Positions 44,314 to 54,100 of a stretch of 64,000 bases of DNA are shown piece by piece (position 1 is the stretch's first letter; the number at the start of each line of letters is the position of its first letter). This stretch comes from Holophagales bacterium UBA5704 (GTDB taxonomy: Bacteria > Acidobacteriota > Thermoanaerobaculia > Multivoradales > UBA5704), in assembly GCA_002420005.1 (NCBI GenBank), contig DIHE01000052.1:855-64854 (forward strand), written 5' to 3'. The position numbers were made by a program, and so were the translations under genes. The notes beneath the pieces were generated by a model, which saw nothing but the letters and a program-made list of their open reading frames with translations, was not told where the DNA came from and made no database searches.

Positions 44314-45101
44314 GGGGGGCCGGGGACGCCCGACGGCTACGTCCGAGCGGGGGCTATCGCAACCTGCGGTCGTTCCAGGTCTCCACGCTCATCTATGACG
44401 CGACGGTCTCGTTCTGCGATCGCTTCCTGGACAAGCGGTCCCGCACCGTGGACCAGATGGTGCAGGCGGCGCGCAGCGGGCGGCAGAACATCGCCGAAGG
44501 CAGCCGGGCCTCGGCCACCTCGTCGCAGACCGAGCTGCGCCTCGTCAACGTCGCGCGGGCGAGCCTCGACGAGCTTCTGCTGGACTACGAGGACTTCCTG
44601 CGCCAGCGCAGCAAGCGCCAATGGGCGAAGGATGACCGCGAAGCCCGGGAGGTGCGGGCGGTCGGGAGAGCCGGCTCCGCCGCCGCCGCCCCGTACGCTC
44701 CCTGGCTGAGCCACGCCGACCCGGGCGTGGTGGCGAACGCAGTGATCTGCCTGATCCACCAGGCCAACTACTTGCTCGACCAGCAGATCGCCGCGCTGGA
44801 GCGCGATTTCATCCACCAGGGCGGCTACAGCGAGACCCTTGCGGCAGCCCGGCTCGCCGAACGCGACCGCCAGCGGCACCGGGGCCTTGTGGATCGGACG
44901 GATCCGACGGATCGGACTGATCCGTCCGATGACTTGGCCCCGACTGCCGCGGAGGCCCCGCCGGCTTGCCCGGCCTGTGGCAAGGCCATGGCCTTGCGGA
45001 TCGCCCGACAGGGTGCCCGTGCCGGGTCCCGGTTCTGGGGTTGCACGGGCTACCCGCACTGCAAGGGAACACGGCCGATCGAAGGCGTGCCGCCATGCTG
45101 A
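44310..45101 (+). CDS. Four-helix-bundle protein (23S rRNA intervening-sequence protein family) with C-terminal topoisomerase-type C4 zinc finger
   Basis: The frame is open from GTG 44310, which overlaps the NRPS stop as GTGA; there is no in-frame ATG before the conserved core. The core is YRNLRSFQVSTLIYDATVSFCDRFLDKRSRTVDQMVQAARSGRQNIAEGS...ELRLVNVARASLDELLLDYEDFL. The C-terminus is CPACGKAMALRIARQGARAGSRFWGCTGYPHCKGT. The start codon is uncertain. Confidence 0.75.
   Translation: MRGAGDARRLRPSGGYRNLRSFQVSTLIYDATVSFCDRFLDKRSRTVDQMVQAARSGRQNIAEGSRASATSSQTELRLVNVARASLDELLLDYEDFLRQRSKRQWAKDDREAREVRAVGRAGSAAAAPYAPWLSHADPGVVANAVICLIHQANYLLDQQIAALERDFIHQGGYSETLAAARLAERDRQRHRGLVDRTDPTDRTDPSDDLAPTAAEAPPACPACGKAMALRIARQGARAGSRFWGCTGYPHCKGTRPIEGVPPC
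44891..44930. repeat. 9-bp GATC microsatellite, locus 4 (linker of the four-helix-bundle / zinc-finger protein)
   Basis: ggatcggac ggatccgac ggatcggac tgatccgtc cgatgac. Translated DRTDPTDRTDPSDD. Confidence 0.9.
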
Positions 45102-48100
45102 GCCTCTCCCACACCCAGCGTGGCCTCTGGTTCCTTCACCGCCTGCACCCGGGGAGCACCGCCTACCACATGGCCACCCTCACCCGGGTGGTGGGCGATG
45201 TGCCCGTGGAGGCCATCCGTGCCTCGTTCCAGCGGATGCTCGACCGCCATCCCGCGCTGCGCACCACGTTTCCGCTGGTGGGAGACGAGCCGGCGCAGGT
45301 GATTCCGGAGGCGGGGGAGGTGGCGTTCGAGGTGGTCGAGGCGACGGGGTGGAGCGCGGGGGCGCTGCGCGCCGCGATGGAGGCGGCGGCGTACCGGCCG
45401 TTCGACCTCCAGCGCGGGCCGATCTTCCGCGCCACGGTGTTCGTCCACGGCGCGGAGCGCTACCTGGTGGCTGCGATGCACCACATCGTCTCCGACTTCG
45501 CCGCGCTGGCGAATCTCCTGCGCGAGGCGCCGCCGGAGGGGAAGAGCTTTGCGCAGTTCGTCGCCTGGCAGGCGGAGATGCTCGCCGGGCCGGAGGGGGA
45601 GAGGCTGGAGGCGTTCTGGCGCGAGCGGCTGGACGGCCTGCCGGAGCTGAATCTTCCCGCCGACCGGGTCAAGCCCGCCCATGCGCCGGAGCAGGCGGGC
45701 GCCGTCTGGCGCACGATTGCGCCCGCCACCCTCGGCCCGCTCAAGGCGCTCGCCCGGGCCGAAGGAGCCACCCTCTACGTGGTCCTTCTCGCCGCCTGGC
45801 AGACGCTGCTCTCGCGCTACACCGGGCAGGAGGACTTCGCCGTCGGCTCTCCGGTGGCCGGCCGGCCGGCGGGCTACGGCCGGGTGTTCGGCTACTTCAC
45901 GAATCCCCTGGTGCTGCGCGCGGATCTGGCGGGCGATCCGCCGTTTCGCACGCTGGTGGAGCGCACCCGGCGGCGGGTGGTGGAGGCGCTGGATCATCAG
46001 CACTTCCCTCTGCCCCTTCTGGTCGAGCGCCTGCGCGCCCGCTCCGAGCTGTTCCGCACCCTCTTCGTCTTCCACCGCGCGCCCGCCGGGGCCGAGGGGC
46101 TGGTCGGCTTCTCGCTGGGCCGCGGGGGCGCCCGCCTGCCGATCGACGGCTTCGCGCTGGAGTCGCTCCCGAACGCCCCGCGTGGCTCGCAATTCGACCT
46201 GACCCTCGCGGCCGGCGAGATGGCGGGCGCCCTGGAGCTGCAGATCGTCTACGACGCCGCCCGCTTCGACGCGCCGACGCCCGCGCGCTGGCTGCAGCAC
46301 TTCGACCGCCTGCTCGCCGGGGTGGCGGAGAACCCCGAGTGTCCGCTCTCCGCCTTGCCCTTGCTCACCCCCTGGGAGCGCCACCACCTGCTCGCCGAGG
46401 TCAACGACGGCGCGGACGCCGGTCTCCCCTGGCCCACCCTGCACGAGGGCTTCGAGCGCCAGGCGCGGCAAACCCCACAGGCGACCGCCCTGATCGACGG
46501 CCTCCGCCGCCTCACCTACCAGGAGCTGGACGAGCGCGCCACCGCCCTCGCCGAGGACCTCCGCCGCCGCGGGGCCGGCCCGGAGACCGTGGTGGCCGTC
46601 AAGCTGCCGCGCACCGCGGAGCTGATCGTGGCTTTGCTGGGCGTGTTGAAGAGCGGCGCGGCGTACCTGCCGCTCGACCCCACCTACCCGGAGGAGCGGA
46701 TCGCGTTCATGTTGGCGGATGCGGGGGCCGAGTGGTTGCTGGGGCCTGGTGGGATCGGACGGATGGGACCGATCCGACCGATCCGACCCATCGAAGGCGA
46801 CGCCGGCTCCCGCCGGCTCGCTTACCTCATTTACACCTCCGGCTCCACCGGCCGCCCGAAGGGCGTCGCCATCGAGCATGCCGCCGCGGTGCGGCTGGTG
46901 GCCTGGGCGCGCGCGGCGTTTTCCCCGGCGGAGCGGGCGGGGGTGCTGGCGGCCACCTCGGTGAATTTCGACCTGTCGATCTTCGAGATCTTCGTCCCGT
47001 TGTCGACGGGGGGCGCGGTGATCCTCGCCGAGAACGCGCTGGCCCTCCCGGAGCTGCCGGCGCGGGGCGAGGTCACCCTCGTCAACACCGTCCCCTCCGC
47101 GCTCGCCGGGCTGTTGGAGATGGGACCGCTGCCGCCCTCCGTGCGCACGGTCAACCTGGCCGGCGAGCCGCTGCGGCGCGCCCTGGCGGACCAGATCCTC
47201 GCCACCGGGGTCAAGCTGTGGGATCTCTACGGCCCTTCCGAGGACACGACCTACTCGACCGGCGCGGTGGTGGCGGGAGAGCCCGGGGAGCCCTTGATCG
47301 GCTGGCCGCTCGCCGGCTCGCGCGCCTTCGTGCTCGACCGCCGGGGAGACCCGGCGCCGCTCGGCGTCCCCGGCGAGCTGTGCCTGGGCGGGGGAGGCCT
47401 CGCCCGCGGCTACCTCGGCCGCCCCGAGCTGACCGCCGAAAAGTTCATCCCCGCACCGTTTGATCTGGCTGATCCCCGCGGCGCGCGCCTCTACCGCACC
47501 GGCGACCTCGTGCGCCGCCGCCCCGACGGCGCCCTCGAGTACCTGGGGCGCCTCGACCACCAGGTGAAGATCCGCGGGTTCCGCATCGAGCTGGGCGAGG
47601 TCGAGGCGGCGCTGCTGGCCCTCCCCGGCGTGCGCGAGACGGTGGTGGTGGCACAGGGCGGGGCGCTCGTCGCCTACGTGGTGGGCGAAGCCGGCGCTCT
47701 GGAGGAGGCCCTGCGGCAGCGGCTGCCGGCGCCCTTCGTGCCGTCGTTCTTCGTCGCTCTCGATGCGCTGCCGCGCACCCCGAACGGCAAGGTGGACCGC
47801 AAGGCCCTGCCGGCTCCGGTGGTGGCCGAGGAACATGCCACGGAGGCGCCGGTCGGGCCGGTGGAGGAGGCGGTGGCGGCGGTCTGGGCGGCGGTCCTGG
47901 GGCGTGAGCGGATCGGCCGGTTCGAGCGCTTCTTCGAGCTGGGCGGCCATTCGCTCCTGGCCGCGCGGGTGGTGGCGCGGCTGCGCGAGGCGCTCGGGCT
48001 CGATCTGCCGTTGACCGCGCTGTTCGACGCTCCCACGGTGGCGGGTCTCGCGCTGCGCATCGCCGCGGCGCGGGCGGCGGCGGAGGCGCCGCTCGTACCG

Positions 48101-51100
48101 GTGCCGCGCGACCGTCCCTTGCCGCTTTCCTTCGCCCAGCACCGCCTCTGGTTCCTGGATCGCCTGGAGCCCGGCAGCCCCCTCTACAACGTGCCGATCG
48201 CCTTCGCCCTGCACGGGCCGTTCGCGCCGGCGCGCCTGGAGGGGGTCCTCTCCGCGATCGAGCGGCGGCACGAGGCGCTGCGCACGGTGTATCCCGCGGC
48301 GGCCGGCGTCCCCCGCCAGGAGATCCTGCCGGCGCAGCCGTTCTCCCTGCCGGCGGTCGACCTCTCCGGCCTGCCGGAGGCCGTGCGGGAGACGGTCGCC
48401 CGCGGGCTGCGCGCGGCCGAGGCGCGGCGGCCGTTCGACCTGGAGCGCGGCCCGGTCTGGCGGGCGCTCTGCGTGCGGCATGGGGAGACGCGCCACGAGG
48501 TTCTGCTGACCCTCCACCACATCGCCGGCGACGGCTGGTCGCTGGATGTCCTGGAGCGCGACGTGGCCGCCCTTTTCACCGGGGATACGCTGCCGCCCTT
48601 GCCGGTGCAGCCGGCCGACGCCGCGGTCTGGCAGCGCGAGCGGCTGACCGGGGCGCGCCTGGCGGCGGACCTCGCGTGGTGGCGGACGCGGCTGGCCGGC
48701 GCGCCGCCGCTCGACGTCCCCGGGGACCGCCCGCGCCCCGCCGCGCCCACCGTGCGCGGCTTCCACATCGTGGCGCCGTTTCCGGCGGACCTCGCCACGG
48801 ACCTGCGGGCGTTGCGCCGCCACGCCGCCGGGGACCTGACGCTCTACCAGGTCCTGCTCGCCGGCTTCGTGGCCCTCCTGGGGCGCTGGAGCGATCAGCG
48901 CGACGTGGTGCTCGGTGCGCCGGTGGCCGGCCGCGGACGCACCGAGCTGGACGGCGTGATCGGCCTCTTCGTCAACACGCTCGTCCTGCGCTTCGACCTG
49001 ACGGCCGAGCCGGGCTTCGCGGCGCTCGCCGGGCAGGCGCGGTCGGTCGTCGTGGAAGCCCAGGCGCAGGGCGAGATGCCGTTCGAGCGGCTGGTCGAGG
49101 AGCTGGCACCGGATCGCGCCGCCGGCCGGGCACCGCTCGCCCCGGTGCTGTTCGACCTCGCCCACGCGGCACCACCGCGCGAGCTGCCGGGCGGCCTGCG
49201 CCTCCGCCGCCTCCCGGTCGCCTCCGGCACCGCCAAGCTCGACCTCATCCTGCACGTGCAGGAGGAGGGAGACACCCTGACCGCCGATCTGGAGGCGAGC
49301 GCCGACCTGTTCGACCGCACCACCGGCCGGCGGCTCGTCGAGGCCTGGCTGCGCCTGCTCGCCGCGGCCGTGCGGGCGCCGGAGGTCCGGTTCACCGATC
49401 TCCCCCTGCTCTCCGCCGTCGAGCAGGCCGAGATCGTCTGCGAATGGAACGACACCGCCGGGGAGGCGCCGCGCGCCGCCCATCTCTACGATCTGTTCGA
49501 CCGCCATGTGCGCGAGCGCCCGGACTCTCTGGCCGTGGTGTGGAACGAGACCCGGCTCACCTGGGAGGAGCTCGCCGCCCGGGTGAGCGCGCTCGCGCAG
49601 CCTCTGCGCGCGCTGGGCGTGGGACCGGAGGTGCCGGTCGCCTTCTGCCGCGAGCGCGGCCCAGGGCGGCTCGTCGCCCTGCTGGCGATCCTCCAGGCCG
49701 ACGGGCTCTACGTCCCCCTCGACCCCGCCTGGCCGGACGAGCGGCTCGCCTGGATTCTCGACGACTGCGCCGCACCGGTCCTGCTCACCGAATCCTCCTT
49801 GCAGGACCGGTTCCGCGGCTTCCGCGGGACGCTCCTGCGCGAGGGCGACGAGGTGGGCGCGCCGGCCTCCACGCCTCTTCGGCCCCGCGGAACGGGTGCC
49901 GCCTACCTCATCTACACCTCGGGCTCCACCGGTCGCCCCAAGGGCGTGCTCATCGAGCACCGCGCGGCGGCCTCGCACGCTTCGAGCTTCGCCGCGTCAT
50001 TCGGTCTCGGGCCGGACGACCGCATGCTGCAAGTCGCCTCGATCGGCTTCGATCTGAGCGTCGAGGAGATCTTCGTCGCCTTCGCCGCCGGGGCCGTGCT
50101 GCACATCGGTCCCGCCGAGATGGCGCTGTCCGCCACCGTCTTCCTGGACCTGTGCCGGCGGTGGGGGCTTACCATGGTCACCCTGACGACCGCGTTCTGG
50201 CACGAGATCGTCCGCGAGATCGAGGCACGCCCGGAGGCGCTGCCGCCGACCCTGCGGCTGGTCACCATCGGCGGCGAAACCGTGCTGCCGGAGCGGGTCG
50301 CCGCCTGGTGGCGCCACGCCGGGCCGGACGTCCGCCTGTTCAACACCTATGGCCCCACCGAGGCCACGGTCATCGCCACCGGGCTCGTGGTGGGGGAGGA
50401 CACGCTCGGCGGCCCGTTCGGCGTCCCCCTCGGCCCGCCCTTGCCGCACATCCGCGCCTACGTTCTCGACCGCGCGCTGCGGCCGGTGCCCCCGGGCGTC
50501 CCGGGCGAGCTCTGCATCGGCGGCGCCGGCGTCGGGCGCGGCTACCTGGGCCGGCCGGATCTCACCGCGGAGCGCTTCGTCCCGGACCCGTTCGGCCTTG
50601 GGGGCGACCGCCTCTACCGCACCGGCGACCGCGCCCGCCACCGCCCGGACGGCCGCCTCGAATTCCTCGGCCGTGTCGACCACCAGGTGAAGATCCGCGG
50701 CTTCCGCATCGAGCCGGGCGAGACGGAGGCCGTGTTGGCCACCTGCCCCCTGGTGGCCGGGGTGGCGGTCCTCGCCCTGCCGGACGACCGGGGGGAGCTG
50801 CGCCTCGCCGCCTTCGTGGTCCCCGCTCCCGGTGCGGCTCCCACGCCGTCCGCGCTGCGCGCCTTCCTGCTCGCTCGCCTGCCGGAGCACCAGGTGCCGT
50901 CCGCCTTCACGATCGTGCCGGCCCTGCCGCTCACGCCGAACGGCAAGCTCGACCGGCGCGCCCTGGCCCGGCTCCGGCCGACGGAGGACGCCGCCGCGCC
51001 GCCGGCCCGGTGGCTGCCGCGCGATCCGGTGGAGGAGCAGGTGGCCGCCGTGTGGGCCGAGGTCCTGGAGGTCCCGGTGGAGCAGATCGGGCCGCGCGCC

Positions 51101-54100
51101 GACTTCTTCGCTCTCGGCGGGCACTCGCTCCTCGCCACCCGCATCGGCGCGCGGCTGCACCAGGCGTTCGGTGTGGACGTGCCCCTGCGCGACGTCCTGG
51201 AGGTCCCGGTGATCGAGGAGCTGGCGGCGCGCGTCCGCGGCCTGCTGGCCGGCACCTCCGCGGAGGCCCCGGTGCCGCCGCTCCTGCCGGTGCCACGGAC
51301 CTCCCCGCCGCCGCTCTCGTTCGCACAGCTCCGGCTGTGGATCATCGACCGCATCGAGCCCGGCTCCGCGGCCTACAACGTCGCCCTGGCCGTCCGCCTG
51401 GAGGGGGCTCTGGAGCCTGCGCTGCTCGCCGCGGCGCTGGGGGAGGTGGCGCGCCGGCAGGAGGCGGTGCGGACCACGTTCAGGGTGGAGGGCGGTGATC
51501 CGGTGCAGATCGTCCATCCGCCGGCCCCGGTCCCCCTGCCGCTCCTCGATCTCGGCGCCTTGCCGGACGCCGCGCGGGCCGCCGAGGCGCTGGCGTGGGC
51601 GCGGGCGGAGGAGAGCCGGCCGTTCGACCTGGAGAACGGCCCCCTGCTGCGTGCCGCCGTGCTGCGGCTCGCGCGGGAGGAGCACCTGCTGCTCCTCAAC
51701 CTGCATCACGCCATCTGCGACGAATGGTCGCTGCGTCTGCTGTTCGGCGAGGTCGTCACCCTCTATGCCGCCGGCCGTTCCGGCACGGCGGCGACGCTGC
51801 CGGTGTTGCCGGTGCAGTACGCGGACTTCGCCGTCTGGCAGCGCGGCTGGCTGACCGGCCCGGTGCTCGCCGCGCAGCTCGCGTTCTGGCGGGAGCGGCT
51901 CGCCGATCCGCCCGTCCTCGAGCTGCCCACCGACCGGCCCCGGCCGCCGGTGCAGACCAACCGCGGTGCGCGTCTTCCCTTCGTGGTGCCGCCTGCGACC
52001 GGTGCGGCGCTGCGCGCCCTGGGGCGGAGCCGGGGAGCCACCGCCTTCATGACCTGCCTCGCCGTCTGGCAGGCGCTCCTCGCGCGCACCGCCGGGCAGA
52101 CCGACCTGACCGTCGGCACGCCGATCACCGGCCGCTCCCGCGCCGAGGTGGAGAGCCTGATCGGCTTCTTCCTGAACACCCTGGTGCTGCGCGCCGATCT
52201 CTCCGGCGATCCCGGATTCGCCGAGATGGTGGACCGCGCCCGCGTCCGCGCCCTGGAGGCCTTCGCCCACCAGGACCTGCCGTTCGAAAAGCTGGTGGAC
52301 GAGCTCGGCGTGCGCCGCAGCCTCGGCCATGCGCCGCTCTTCCAGGCCCTCTTCGTCCTCCTCCACGCCACGCCGCTCCCCGCCGCGGCCACCGGCCTGC
52401 GGGCCACCCCGTTCGCCACCGGCGGGGCGACCGCGAAGTTCGACCTGACCCTGGACCTGGAAGCCGACGGCGACGCGCTGACCGGTGTGATCGAGTACAA
52501 CACCGACCTGTTCGACGCCACCACGGCGCGGCGGCTCGCCGCCCGCTTCTGTGCCCTCGCCGCGGGAGCCGCAGCCGATCCGGAGTGTCCCCTCTCGGCC
52601 CTCCCCGTCCTCCCGGAGGGCGAGGCGCACCAGATCCTCCACGAATGGAACGACCGGCCGCCGCGCCACGACGTGGAGGTGCCTCTGCACGGCCTCGTCG
52701 AAGCCTGGGCGGACACCGATCCGGAGCGCCCCGCGGTGGAGTGGGAGGGGGGCTCCTTCACCTACGCGGAGCTGGTCGGCCGCGCCCGCGCGCTCGCCGT
52801 CCGCCTGCGTTCGCTGGGCGTCGGGCCGGACGTCCCGGTCGCCGTCTACGCCGAGCGGGGACCCGAGCTCGCCGTCGCCTTCCTGGCCATCCTGGAAGCG
52901 GGCGGCGCGTATCTCCCGATCGATCCCTCCTACCCGCAGGAGCGCCAGCTCTTCATGCTGCAGGACTCCGGTGCTCCGGTGCTGCTGGTGCCCGAAAGCC
53001 TCCTGGAGGCGGCGCCGCCGACGTCGGCCCGGGTGGTGGCCCTCACCTCTGCATCGGACGGATCGGTCGGATCGGTCGGATCGATCCGATCCGGTCCTGG
53101 AAGCGAGGCCACCGCCTACTTGATCTACACCTCCGGCTCCACCGGGCGCCCGAAAGGCGTCGCGGTGCCGCACCGGGTGCTGGCCAACCTGATCCTCTGG
53201 CAGCTCGACCCTGCACGGCCGGGCTCGTTGCCGGGTGCCTGGCGGACGCTCCAGTTCGCCTCGCCGAGCTTCGACGTGTCGCTCCACGAGATGCTCGCCA
53301 CCTGGTGCGCCGGGGGCACCCTGGTGCTCGCCTCGGAGGAGGACCGCCGCGATCCGGAACGCCTGGTGCGCCACCTGGCCGAGGCGGGTGTCGAGCGCCT
53401 GTTCCTCCCCTTCGTCGCCCTGCAGCAGCTCGCCGACCGGCTGGCGCGGCCGGAGACGCCGGTCCCGGCGCGCTTGCGGCGCGTGATCACCGCCGGTGAG
53501 CAGCTCCAGGTCACCCCGCAGGTCGTCGAGGCCTTCCGCCGGCTCTCGGCGGCGACCGGTGGCACCGCGCTCCACAACCACTACGGGCCGTCGGAGACCC
53601 ACGTGGTCACCGAGCTGATCCTCGACGGCGATCCGGCGCTCTGGCCCGCGCTGCCCGCGATCGGCCGGCCCCTCTCCGGCGTCACCACCCACCTGCTCGA
53701 CCGCGCCTTCCAGCCGGTGCCGGTGGGCGTGGTGGGGGAGCTGTTCCTGGGAGGCCTCTCCCCGGCGCGAGGCTACCTCGGCCGCCCCGACCAGACCGCC
53801 GAGCGCTTCCTCCCCGATCCCTTCAGCGATGCGTCCCACCCCGGAGGCCGCCTCTACCGCACCGGCGACCGGGCGCGCCTCCTTCCCGACGGCACCGTCG
53901 AGTTCCTCGGCCGCATCGACCACCAGGTGAAGATCCGCGGCTACCGCATCGAGCCTGGGGAGATCGAGGCCGTGCTCGCGGCGCATCCCAAGGTGCGGGA
54001 GTGCGCGGTGGGGGTGCGGGAGGGTCATCGCGAGAAAGGGCCGGGCGACCGGCGCCTCATCGCCTGGGTGGTGACCACGGGCGAGCTCGGCCCGACCGAG

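Noticed and set aside
44297-44330. G-rich stretch at the end of the first NRPS gene (ggggggaggggtgaggggggccgggg) as a fifth, partial copy of the hairpin element
   Set aside because: It resembles only the right arm and tail and has no matching C-rich left arm. That is too little to call.
44966-45094. Track start 44966 for the second NRPS
   Set aside because: This segment overlaps the zinc-finger coding region of the four-helix-bundle gene in another frame. ATG 45095 starts exactly at the condensation-domain C1 motif.
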